Assembly (NCBI GenBank): GCA_965209055.1
Contig: OZ242374.1
Coordinates: 1,440,001 to 1,504,000 of the forward strand
Reading direction: 5' to 3'
From: Acidobacteriota bacterium
GTDB lineage: Bacteria > Acidobacteriota > UBA6911 > RPQK01 > JAJDTT01
Length of the DNA stretch: 64,000 nt
Shown here: positions 52,933 through 61,799 of the stretch, piece after piece
Numbering within the stretch: position 1 is the stretch's first letter
How the letters are laid out: the number at the start of each line of letters is the position of its first letter
The notes under the pieces: generated by a model
The model's database searches: none
Told to the model about the DNA's origin: nothing
Seen by the model: only the letters and a program-made list of their open reading frames with translations
Made by a program: the position numbers and the translations under genes

Positions 52933-53901
52933 CTAGGAAATGAGGGCGAACTCCACGTCGGTGACGTTCTTCAGGGCCTCTTGCATGTAGGCCTTGATCT
53001 TCTTGGTCAACGTGATCTGGTTGAGGCGGATCGCTTCCCGGCTCACACCGAAGCGCGTCGCCAACTGTTGCAGCGTCTTGGGCTCCTCGGCGATGAGGCG
53101 CTCGTTCAGGATGGCCCGTTCCCTTTCGGTCAGGGTTTCGGCGAACTCTCGAAACTTGTGGGCGAACAGCCGTTTCAACTCGCCACGGGCCAGCGTCTCC
53201 TCCACCAGTTCTCCGGTGGCCTCAAGCGTGTCCGCATGCCGGATGGTCCGGTTGGGATCGATATAGTTGTCCAGGCTCAGGTCGGAGGACTCGATGGCGT
53301 GCTGCACCGCCCGGACCTCCTTGACGGGCACATCGAGTTTCTTGGCGATCAGCGCCGACGTCGGCTCGATTCCCTGAAGCCGTAACTTCTCCTTCTCTTT
53401 GCGCAGGTTGAAAAGAAGCTTGCGCCGCTGGTTGGTGGTTCCGATCCGGACGATCCGGAAATTGTCCATGATGAACTTGATGATGTAGGCCTTGATCCAC
53501 CAGGAGGCGTAGGTGGGCAGCCGGGTCCCCCTGTCGGGATCGAATCGGCCCAGAGCCTGGATCAGGCCGATGTTCCCTTCCTGGATCAGGTCCATGACGT
53601 TTTTGTAGACGCGACGGTAGATGAAGGCGATCTTGACCACCAGGTTCAGGTTGGAGGTGACCAGGCGATACGCCGCCTCCTGATCGCCTTCCTGCTGGTA
53701 GCGCCGGATCAGCACCTGTTCCTCTTCCGCCGTCAGCGGTTCGAACTGGCTGATCTCCAGAAGGTAGCGCCGGAGCGGGTCCAGGTTGGCCAGCTTGGCT
53801 TCTTCCCGGGAGGGCAGCCGGCTGGTCTTCTCGCCCAGGAAGGCCTCGAGGTGTTCGGACTCGGGAGCGGAGCCGGCCGGCCCCGGAGGCTGGGAAACCA
53901 T
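52933..53901 (-). CDS. Sigma-70 family factor, RpoH/sigma-32-like
   Basis: LVTSNL, DLIQEGNIGL, YASWWI, RpoH-box-like TTNQRRKLLFNLRK and region 4 TLQQLA..FGVSRE. Confidence 0.85.
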   Translation of the reverse strand: MVSQPPGPAGSAPESEHLEAFLGEKTSRLPSREEAKLANLDPLRRYLLEISQFEPLTAEEEQVLIRRYQQEGDQEAAYRLVTSNLNLVVKIAFIYRRVYKNVMDLIQEGNIGLIQALGRFDPDRGTRLPTYASWWIKAYIIKFIMDNFRIVRIGTTNQRRKLLFNLRKEKEKLRLQGIEPTSALIAKKLDVPVKEVRAVQHAIESSDLSLDNYIDPNRTIRHADTLEATGELVEETLARGELKRLFAHKFREFAETLTERERAILNERLIAEEPKTLQQLATRFGVSREAIRLNQITLTKKIKAYMQEALKNVTDVEFALIS

Positions 53902-53927
53902 GGGCGAATCTTATCAGACCAGCAGAT

Positions 53928-55289
53928 CTAGAGGCCCAGGAGCCGGGCGATCTGCTCCTTGTCGGGGGGCACCTGGACCGGGGCGTTGGCGTAGGTGGAT
54001 CGGATCTTCCCGTGTTTGTCGACGATCCGGTTCTTGTAGGCAGCGTGCTCGTAGAGGCTGTCCAAGTGGTAGTTGACCGTGTAGTCGGGGTCCTTGAGCT
54101 GATGCCCCGTCAGGATGGCCACGACGTTCTCGCCAGGGTCGATGGTCACCTCGGGACGCTCCTCGCTGCCGGCATCCAGCAAGCGCTTGAGGCCCGCCAC
54201 CGTGGTGGCCGAAGCGGGTTCGCACCCGATCCCGTCCCGTCCCAGGATCGCCTTGGCGTCTGCGATCTCCTGCTCCGTCACCTCGTCGCACCAGCCGTCG
54301 GAGAACTGGAGGGCCCGGACCGCCTTCTTCCAACTGATGGGCTGACCGATCTTGATGGCGCTGGCCAGGGTCCAGGCATCGTTGACCGGGACCAGTTCCT
54401 GCGAACTGGTCACCAGAGTCCGATAGAGAGGGTCGGCTCCCTCGGCCTGGATGATGGTGATTCTGGGAATTCTGTCGATCATTCCCAACTCTTTCAGCTC
54501 CATCAGGACCTTGCCGTAGGAGGAGCTGTTTCCCAGATTGCCGCCGGGCACCACGATCCGGTCCGGACTCTGCCATTCCAGTTGATCCAGCAACTCCAGG
54601 ATCACCGTCTTCTGGCCCTCCAGGCGGAAGGGATTGATGGAGTTCATCAGGTAGAGGTCGGTCTCGGCGGCCAGCTCCTGAACCAGTTTCATGGCGACGT
54701 CGAAGTTGCCCTGGATCTGCAGCGTCAAGGCGCCGTAGTCCAGGGCCTGGGCCAGCTTGCCGAATGCGATCTGGCCCTCGGGAAGAAAGACGACGGACCG
54801 CAGGCCCGCCCGGGCGCAATAGGCGGCCATGGAGGCGGACGTGTTTCCGGTTGAGGCGCAGCCGACGACCTCGGCGCCGAGCCGGATCGCCTGGGAAACG
54901 GCCACGGTCATGCCGTAGTCCTTGAACGATCCGCTGGGATTCCACCCCAGGTTTTTCACCTGCAGCCGTTCCAGGCCCACGTATTCGGCACATCGGGGAG
55001 CGTCCAGGACGGGGTTGTTTCCCTCCCCCATCGTCACCACCCGTTCCAGGTCGCCGGCTTCGAAGGGGAGCAGTTCTCGATATCGCCACACTCCGCTCAC
55101 GTCGATGGGTCGATTTGAGAGTCGCCTCCGCAAGAAGCTCTCCCTGAGGGAATCCACCTCGAACCGGCTGAAGTCATAGGCGATGTCCAACAGGTCCCGG
55201 CAACCGGGGCACTGGTAGAGCTTTTCCCGGATGGGGAACTCCTGGAGGCAGGAGTCATTGATGCAGCGGAAGTGAAACCACTCGCTCAT
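53928..55289 (-). CDS. thrC: Threonine synthase
   Basis: NPSGSFKD, ASTGNT, NSINPFRLEGQK, PGGNLGN and EPASA motifs. Confidence 0.93.
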   Translation of the reverse strand: MSEWFHFRCINDSCLQEFPIREKLYQCPGCRDLLDIAYDFSRFEVDSLRESFLRRRLSNRPIDVSGVWRYRELLPFEAGDLERVVTMGEGNNPVLDAPRCAEYVGLERLQVKNLGWNPSGSFKDYGMTVAVSQAIRLGAEVVGCASTGNTSASMAAYCARAGLRSVVFLPEGQIAFGKLAQALDYGALTLQIQGNFDVAMKLVQELAAETDLYLMNSINPFRLEGQKTVILELLDQLEWQSPDRIVVPGGNLGNSSSYGKVLMELKELGMIDRIPRITIIQAEGADPLYRTLVTSSQELVPVNDAWTLASAIKIGQPISWKKAVRALQFSDGWCDEVTEQEIADAKAILGRDGIGCEPASATTVAGLKRLLDAGSEERPEVTIDPGENVVAILTGHQLKDPDYTVNYHLDSLYEHAAYKNRIVDKHGKIRSTYANAPVQVPPDKEQIARLLGL

Positions 55290-55861
55290 TCGGCCAAGAG
55301 GTGACGGATTCGGCTCACGACTTCGGGAGAGTTCCAGACGTACATTCCCACGTGGTGCAACGCCAGTCTTCCACGAGCGTCGACGATCAGAGTGGTCGGC
55401 AGCCCGATGACCTGAAAACGTCCCTGCAGGATCCGGTCAGGATCCGACAGCAGCAGGAAGGGATAGTCGGCGCCCGTTTCTTCGAGAAACGTCCGGACAG
55501 CTTCGGGATCCTCCCAACTGACGGCGGCAATCGCCAGGCCTTCCCTGGAAAGCCGCCGGTGAAGGTCGGCCAGGTAGGGCATTTCGAGACGGCAGGGTCC
55601 GCACCAAGTGGCCCAGGCGTTGATCAACAGGGCCTTGCCCCTCAGTCCCTTCAAGGGGACTCGCTCTCCGTCGAGAGTCGCCAGCGATCCGGAAAGATCC
55701 AGAACCGGCCGCTCGCCGGCAGGAATCCATGACCGGTCGAGAAAGCCTTGCGAACCGGCGGCCTCCAAGCCACAGACTGGAAGCATTGCCGGAACCGCGG
55801 CCGCCATCAGGAGGACGGCGCCCCCGTAAACCCCGATTCTTCTACCCGACCACCTGTCCAT
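55286..55861 (-). CDS. TlpA/ResA-family thiol-disulfide oxidoreductase
   Basis: N-terminal hydrophobic anchor, NAWATWCGPC..EMP and GLPTT motifs. Confidence 0.9.
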   Translation of the reverse strand: MDRWSGRRIGVYGGAVLLMAAAVPAMLPVCGLEAAGSQGFLDRSWIPAGERPVLDLSGSLATLDGERVPLKGLRGKALLINAWATWCGPCRLEMPYLADLHRRLSREGLAIAAVSWEDPEAVRTFLEETGADYPFLLLSDPDRILQGRFQVIGLPTTLIVDARGRLALHHVGMYVWNSPEVVSRIRHLLAE

Positions 55862-55976
55862 TCCCACTACCACTATAGCAGCACGGCAGGAGAGGAGCGC
55901 CCGTAGTAGACTGTGCGAGCCGCGGGAACCGGGGTATGAAATCGGTCCTGTCCCGGACGACTGCGCGTACGTCGCC

Positions 55977-56702
55977 ATGAAAGTGTCGCTGTTCGTGACT
56001 TGCCTGGTGGATCAGGTCTTTCCCCAGGTGGGACTCAGCACCATCAGAATCCTGAACCGGTTGGGGGTCGACGTCGATTTCGACGAGCGGCAGGCGTGTT
56101 GCGGCCAACCGGCGTTCAACAGCGGTCATTCCGACGAGAGCCGCACCGTGGCCCGCGGATTCCTGGAAGCCTACGCCGGCTGCGGCCCCGTCGTGGTGCC
56201 TTCCGGATCGTGCGCCACCATGCTCAAGGTGTTCGTGCCGACTCTTTTCCCTCCTGACTCGAGGGACGGCCGGCTGGCCCGGGAGATCGCCGGGAGGACC
56301 TACGAGCTGTCCGACTTCCTGGTCTCGGTGCTGGGGGTGACCCGGACCGGCGCCCGCTTCCCGGAGGCCGTCACCTACCACGACTCCTGTCACCAGCTTC
56401 GGGAATTGGGAATCGCCCGGCAGCCGCGCCTCCTGATCCAGGGCGTCGAAGGAGTCCGCTTCCTGGAAATGCCCAACGCCGCCCGGTGTTGCGGGTTCGG
56501 CGGAACCTTCTCGGTCAAGTTCGCCGACGTTTCCGCGGCCATCGGAGAGGACAAGGTGGAGACGATTCACCAGTCGGGGGCCCGCTACGTGGTGGCCAAC
56601 GACGTCAGTTGCCTGATGCACATCGGCGGACTGCTCCAGCGCCGGGGGTCCCAGGTCCGGACCCTGCACCTGGCCGAGCTGTTGGCCAAGTTCGAGGAAT
56701 AG
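55977..56702 (+). CDS. lutA: Lactate utilisation protein A (CCG domains)
   Basis: LFVTCLVD, CCGQP..NSG, YHDSC and CCGFGGTF motifs. Confidence 0.9.
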   Translation: MKVSLFVTCLVDQVFPQVGLSTIRILNRLGVDVDFDERQACCGQPAFNSGHSDESRTVARGFLEAYAGCGPVVVPSGSCATMLKVFVPTLFPPDSRDGRLAREIAGRTYELSDFLVSVLGVTRTGARFPEAVTYHDSCHQLRELGIARQPRLLIQGVEGVRFLEMPNAARCCGFGGTFSVKFADVSAAIGEDKVETIHQSGARYVVANDVSCLMHIGGLLQRRGSQVRTLHLAELLAKFEE

Positions 56703-56706
56703 TTGG

Positions 56707-58125
56707 ATGCAGCTCAGGATCCGGCCCAACACCTCGGCGGTCTTGTCCGACGCCACCCTCCAGGCCAACCTGAAACCGGCGCTGGAAAAGTCGCTCCTGT
56801 CCCGGGACCGCGCCGTCGCGGAGGTCTCCAACTGGGAGGAGCTCCGTCAGCATGCCCACGACGTCAAGGCTCATACCCTCTCCCGCCTCGACCACTATCT
56901 GCAGGAGCTGGAGCGGAAGGTCATGGCTCAGGGCGGCAAGGTGGTCTGGGCCGACACCGGAGCCGAGGCCCTGGAATTCATCGTGGGCCTGCTCCAGGAG
57001 CGCGAGATCAAGAAGGTGGCCAAGAGCAAGACCATGCTGGGAGAGGAGATCCATCTCAATGAAGAGTTGGAGAAGGCCCAGTTCGACCCGGTGGAAACGG
57101 ACCTGGGCGAGTACATCATCCAGCTCTCCCGGGAGACGCCCTTTCACATCGTGACTCCGGCCCTGCACAAGTCGAAGGAGGAAGTGGTCGAGCTTTTCGG
57201 CCGCGAGTTGGACATGCCTCCCACCGACGACGTGGAGGCGATCACAGCCACCGCGAGAGCCGTCCTGAGACGCCATTTCCTGACGGCCGGCGCCGGGATC
57301 ACCGGCGTGAATTTCGGCGTCGCCGAAACCGGAACGCTGGTGGTGGTGGAAAACGAGGGGAACGTTCGCCTCTGCGCCTCCCTGCCGGAGGTGCACATCG
57401 CCATCATGGGGATCGAGAAGGTGATTCCCCGGGCCCGCGACCTGGCGGTGTTCCTGAAGCTCCTCTCCCGGAGCGCCACCGGGCAAAAGAGCACCAGCTA
57501 CGTCAATTTCATCAACGGGCCCCGCCGGGAGGGAGAGTGGGACGGCCCGCGGGAATTCTACCTGGTGCTGGTGGACAACGGCCGGAGCCGGATTCTGGCC
57601 GACCCGGAATTGAGGCAGACGCTGGCCTGCATCCGTTGCGGCGCCTGCCTGAACGTCTGCCCCGTGTACCAGCGGATCGGCGGACACGCTTACGGGTCCA
57701 CGTATCAGGGGCCGATCGGCGCCATTTTGACTCCCCAACTGACCTCGGCGGAGGAGGCGCCCGAACATCCCTTCGCATCCTCGCTCTGCGGTGCCTGCTA
57801 TGAGACCTGTCCGGTCAAGATCGAGATTCCGCACATCCTGCTGAAGCTGCGGGAACGGGTCCAGCGGAGCCGGCAGCGCCTGGCCCGGCATCTGCCGCTG
57901 GAGGCCTGGGCCATGCAGTTCTGGGCCTGGGCCATGAGCTCTCCCGGCCGGTATGGATTCCTGGGCAAGCTGATGCGCCGGGTCCAGCCCTACTTCGTGC
58001 GGAAGGGGCGAATGCGGGTGCCGATGCCCCCTTTCAGCGGGTGGGACCGGTACCGGGATCTGCCGCCGCTTCCTGAAAAGAGTTTCCGGGAGCAGTTCCA
58101 TGCGCTCGACAAGGAGGTGAAGTGA
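56707..58125 (+). CDS. lutB: Lactate utilisation protein B (Fe-S)
   Basis: ETDLGEYI, ENEGN, RSATGQ, CIRCGAC..CP and SLCGAC..CP motifs. Confidence 0.93.
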   Translation: MQLRIRPNTSAVLSDATLQANLKPALEKSLLSRDRAVAEVSNWEELRQHAHDVKAHTLSRLDHYLQELERKVMAQGGKVVWADTGAEALEFIVGLLQEREIKKVAKSKTMLGEEIHLNEELEKAQFDPVETDLGEYIIQLSRETPFHIVTPALHKSKEEVVELFGRELDMPPTDDVEAITATARAVLRRHFLTAGAGITGVNFGVAETGTLVVVENEGNVRLCASLPEVHIAIMGIEKVIPRARDLAVFLKLLSRSATGQKSTSYVNFINGPRREGEWDGPREFYLVLVDNGRSRILADPELRQTLACIRCGACLNVCPVYQRIGGHAYGSTYQGPIGAILTPQLTSAEEAPEHPFASSLCGACYETCPVKIEIPHILLKLRERVQRSRQRLARHLPLEAWAMQFWAWAMSSPGRYGFLGKLMRRVQPYFVRKGRMRVPMPPFSGWDRYRDLPPLPEKSFREQFHALDKEVK

Positions 58126-58817
58126 GCCGCCCGCGGATCCTGCAGAAAGTTCGTTCGGCCTGCGGCGCCGGCGCGCCGGTTCCGCTGCCGTCCGGATATC
58201 CCGAGGCCCCCAGATTCCAGGATCCGGTGGAGGTCTTCCGCCGGGAATTGGAGGCGGTGGGAGGCGTGTTTCTGGATGCCCGGAACCGGAGTCCGGCGGA
58301 GGTGCTCTCCCAAGTCCTGGAGCAGACGGGGCATACCGAGGTTTTCTGGGAAGAAGAGAAGATCTTCATCAAGCACGGCTTGCCCTACAGGCTGCGCCTG
58401 CCGGAGTCATTCTCCACCCCCAACCTGGTCTTCAGCTACCACTACCAGGGACGGGTCCGGCTCCCCATCACGCTGGCTGCCCACTCCATCGAGCTGAACC
58501 GGTTGGCCGCGATTCCCGTTTCCGCCTCCAGTGCCGCATTCGGCATCGCCGAGACCGGAACCGTCGTGCAGACGGTCGCGCCCGGCCGCGGACGGCTGCT
58601 CAACGTTCTTCCAGAGACCCACATCGTGTTTCTGGCGCATGGGGACCTCCTCTCCAACATGGATCAGCTCTTCGAAAGGATTCGGCCCGGAGAGAAGGGA
58701 AGCGCGCTCACCCTGGTCACGGGGCCGAGCCGGACCGCGGACATCGGAAAAGTGCTGGTCAAGGGGATGCACGGTCCCCGAAGGTGGTTCGTGATCCTGA
58801 CGGAGGGTGGCGGATGA
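58122..58817 (+). CDS. lutC: Lactate utilisation protein C (LUD domain)
   Basis: IAETGT, GPSRTADI and GMHGP motifs. Confidence 0.88.
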   Translation: MSRPRILQKVRSACGAGAPVPLPSGYPEAPRFQDPVEVFRRELEAVGGVFLDARNRSPAEVLSQVLEQTGHTEVFWEEEKIFIKHGLPYRLRLPESFSTPNLVFSYHYQGRVRLPITLAAHSIELNRLAAIPVSASSAAFGIAETGTVVQTVAPGRGRLLNVLPETHIVFLAHGDLLSNMDQLFERIRPGEKGSALTLVTGPSRTADIGKVLVKGMHGPRRWFVILTEGGG

Positions 58818-59254
58818 GCCGGAGTGGCGAGAAGATGGCTGCGGGCCGGCACACCATCGTCAAGCGGCTGCATTTTTGCTACGGACACCGGCTGTTGGAT
58901 TACGACGGCAAGTGCGCCCACGCCCATGGACACAATGGAGTCCTGGAAATCGAGCTCTCCAGCCGCGAGTTGGACCATCGGGGCATGGTCTACGACTTCG
59001 GAGACGTGAAGAAAGAAGTCGCGCGCTTCATCGACGGGCAGTTGGATCATCGGATGCTTCTGCGGGAGGACGATCCCCTCATCGAAGCGTTGCGCAAGGT
59101 GGGGGAGAGCCCCTTCGTGATGAAGGCGAATCCCACCGCCGAGAACATCGCCAAGCTCATTTTCCACGAAGCCCGGGCGAGCCGCCTGCCGGTGAAGGCG
59201 GTTCGGCTCTGGGAAACGCATGACGCCTACGCCGAGTATCGCGGGGATGACTGA
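58814..59254 (+). CDS. queD: 6-carboxy-5,6,7,8-tetrahydropterin synthase
   Basis: F.YGHRL...GKC..HGH, DFGDVK, LDH, PTAEN and WET motifs. Confidence 0.85.
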   Translation: MSRSGEKMAAGRHTIVKRLHFCYGHRLLDYDGKCAHAHGHNGVLEIELSSRELDHRGMVYDFGDVKKEVARFIDGQLDHRMLLREDDPLIEALRKVGESPFVMKANPTAENIAKLIFHEARASRLPVKAVRLWETHDAYAEYRGDD

Positions 59255-59912
59255 TCGAACCGCTGTCCTGGTGAGCGGCGGACTGGACAGTTGCGTGATG
59301 CTGGTCATGCTGACCCGGCCGGCTCAATGGGTCAGTCCCGTCTACGTCAAATGCGGCCTGGTCTGGGAAAGCGAGGAACTGGCGCGGCTGGACGCTTTCC
59401 TGCAAGCCGTGGCTCATCCCCGAATCGACCCGGTTCAGGTTCTGGATCTGCCCATGAACGATGTCTACGGCGGGTTGTGGCACAGCTCCGGCGCCGGGAT
59501 TCCCGGCTACCATGAGCCGGACGAGCGGTGGGAGATTCCGGGGAGGAACCTGGTTCTCCTGGTCAAGGCGGCGGTGTGGTGCCGCCTCAACTCCGTGGGC
59601 AGGATCGCTCTGGGTATTCTGGGCACCAATCCCTTCTCCGACGCCACACCCGAATTCTTCGAGGGCCTGGAACGCACGCTGAGCCGCGGCCTGGATTTTC
59701 CGTTGCGTCTCCTGCGGCCCCTCGCGGGCATGTCCAAAGCCGAAGTGATCCGGTTGGGCCGGGATCTGCCGCTGGAGTTGACTCTCAGTTGTGCCGAGTC
59801 GCGGGACGGAGTGCACTGCGGCGTCTGCGGGAAGTGCAAGGAACGAATCGACGCCTTTGCCGAATCAGGGGTGCCCGATCCTACGGCCTACGCCGCTCCC
59901 CCGCCGGTTTGA
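59247..59912 (+). CDS. queC: 7-cyano-7-deazaguanine synthase-like (divergent QueC)
   Basis: SGGLDS PP-loop, PGRN, K..VI..G and SC...HCGVCGKC..R..AF...G..DPT.Y. Confidence 0.75.
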   Translation: MTDRTAVLVSGGLDSCVMLVMLTRPAQWVSPVYVKCGLVWESEELARLDAFLQAVAHPRIDPVQVLDLPMNDVYGGLWHSSGAGIPGYHEPDERWEIPGRNLVLLVKAAVWCRLNSVGRIALGILGTNPFSDATPEFFEGLERTLSRGLDFPLRLLRPLAGMSKAEVIRLGRDLPLELTLSCAESRDGVHCGVCGKCKERIDAFAESGVPDPTAYAAPPPV

Positions 59913-59921
59913 AACCGGCGG
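59901..59921. terminator. Perfect inverted repeat over the queC stop, between convergent genes
   Basis: CCGCCGGTTT-G-AAACCGGCGG. Confidence 0.4.
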
Positions 59922-59955
59922 ATTCAGCCGCCCGTCCCGCCCCGCGCTTCTCCCG

Positions 59956-60774
59956 CTAGAATCTTCCGCTCCGCCGTTCCCTGGAGGGCATGATCTCCAG
60001 GCAGGTGGTCCACCATCCCGTCCGGGCGGTCTCCACGAATTCCTCCGGCAGCCCTTCGTCGCGCATCTCCCGGGCCAGCCGCCGGTGATCGTATCGGAGC
60101 GGGCGGAATTCGTATCGGAAACCGCGGCTGTCGAATTCAAGGACGGTGTACCAGACGTTGGTGCGTCCGTCGTTCTCGGGGCGGCCGATGACCCCGACGT
60201 TGAAGAAATGTTTTCGGCCGGGCAGCTCCCGATGCCACTTCAATCCGGTATGGGTGCAGCAGAGGACATCCGCTCCGGCGCTGTCCAGAAAACCGGCGAG
60301 CAAATGGTCGGGCGACGTGCTGTCCCACAGGAACTCGTTGACCTGGCGGGGCGATCCGTGGCAGAGCCGGACCCTCAGCGGGCCCAGTCCGAAGGAGAGG
60401 CGGGCCGGGAGCGTTCCCAGCCACTTCTTGTTCTCCCGGGAGGTGTTCCGGAAAGTGTAGTCGTAGCTGATGCGGGCGAAATGGTTGTCGGAGGGGTCCG
60501 TGTAGCCGCAGCCGCAGTCCTCATTGCCCTGCGCCAGCGACAGGTCGTAGTTTCCCGCGATGCTCTGGATCCCGCCGGACCGCAAGAGCGGAAAGGACCG
60601 GTCCGGATGCGGTCCGAAGCCCCCCATGTCGCCCAGGCAGAAGATGGCCTCGACGCGGGACGCGCGGCACTCTCGCACCAATTCGCCGAGCGCGAGGTAG
60701 TTGTTGTAGACGCCTCCGAAAAGGGCGACTCTCCGATAGTTGTGGTTCATAAGGAGCGATTCCCTATCACCCAT
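59956..60774 (-). CDS. Metallophosphoesterase (calcineurin-like) with atypical first motif
   Basis: CLGD, GNYD, HGSP, HTG and NVG..GRP motifs; the first DxH motif is replaced by GGVYNN. Alternative start at 60750. Confidence 0.85.
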   Translation of the reverse strand: MGDRESLLMNHNYRRVALFGGVYNNYLALGELVRECRASRVEAIFCLGDMGGFGPHPDRSFPLLRSGGIQSIAGNYDLSLAQGNEDCGCGYTDPSDNHFARISYDYTFRNTSRENKKWLGTLPARLSFGLGPLRVRLCHGSPRQVNEFLWDSTSPDHLLAGFLDSAGADVLCCTHTGLKWHRELPGRKHFFNVGVIGRPENDGRTNVWYTVLEFDSRGFRYEFRPLRYDHRRLAREMRDEGLPEEFVETARTGWWTTCLEIMPSRERRSGRF

Positions 60775-60831
60775 TCGTCCGTTGCCGCTTTGCGCCGCGG
60801 GAGTTCGGCGGTAGGAAAACCGCCGCTCCCA

Positions 60832-61701
60832 TCAGAAGTTCTTGCAGGTCATGCCGGTCACGTAGCACGTGTGGCAGGAAGAATGATAAAGGGAACAGTC
60901 CCGGAGGCCTCCCTCCAGGTCATCCGCCAATCGGGCCTCCGGCTCGCCCACCAGGATAGGGCAGGCATAGACTCCGTCGTGAGCCACGATTCGCGAAGAG
61001 AAGCATTGCAGTGTGTCCGGGTCCAGTTCGCGAAGCATCTCCGGCGTCACGGGGCGTTGCTCGGCGGGCGCCGGCAGCATTCCCATTTCGAAGATGGGGA
61101 TGACCTTGATCCGGGGCCGGTCGACGCCGACGGACCGGAGCAGCTTCACGTAGCGGCCGTGAAGGTCTCGCTCTTCCCCCTGCGGGCTCAGGTAGTCCCT
61201 CATCTCGGTGACCGTGAGGATGGGGAGGAATTCGCGGTCATAAAGCAGCTTGTACGCTTCCAGAGCCTTGCGGAACGTCCCCTTGCCGCGAATGGCGTCG
61301 TTTCGCGCCTCTTCGTAGTCGTCGATGCTGATGCGGATCTCGAGGGAGAAACGGGAGCCGTCGGCGATCCGGCGCAGGCGGTCCGCTTTCGCCTCGTCAA
61401 TGAGGACGCCGTTGGTCAGCACGGAGACCGGGAAATCCTGGAGTGCCGATTCGAGTATGGCCAGGAAGGACCGGTGAATGAAGGGCTCGCCGCCGGTGAA
61501 GTAGACCTCCTTCACCCCCATTCTCCGCGCGTCGTCCAGGTAGCGGAAGATGCGGGGAGCTTCCATCAGCTCCAGCGTGTGGTTGTCCGGGGCGCAACTG
61601 ATGAAGCAGTGACTGCAGCGCAGGTTGCAGAGCGTCCCCGCGACCTGGAACCAGAGCGTGTCCAGGTGCTGCAGCGGCAGTGAGGGGGGCGCCTCCTCCA
61701 T
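60832..61701 (-). CDS. Radical SAM protein with Cys-rich C-terminus
   Basis: C-terminal part of the 60832-63612 ORF: CNLRCSHC, FTGGEPF, LTNG, SID...D.IRG.GTF, then C...CP...C..C..C. Confidence 0.9.
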   Translation of the reverse strand: MEEAPPSLPLQHLDTLWFQVAGTLCNLRCSHCFISCAPDNHTLELMEAPRIFRYLDDARRMGVKEVYFTGGEPFIHRSFLAILESALQDFPVSVLTNGVLIDEAKADRLRRIADGSRFSLEIRISIDDYEEARNDAIRGKGTFRKALEAYKLLYDREFLPILTVTEMRDYLSPQGEERDLHGRYVKLLRSVGVDRPRIKVIPIFEMGMLPAPAEQRPVTPEMLRELDPDTLQCFSSRIVAHDGVYACPILVGEPEARLADDLEGGLRDCSLYHSSCHTCYVTGMTCKNF

Positions 61702-61799
61702 GTTTCTCATGTTAACAGCTTTTTTTAACGACCCGTGAAGGGAGTCGTCGCGGAAGGCGGCCGGGCTTGAGGGTTCCGGCAGGCGGTCCAGCGGGACCG

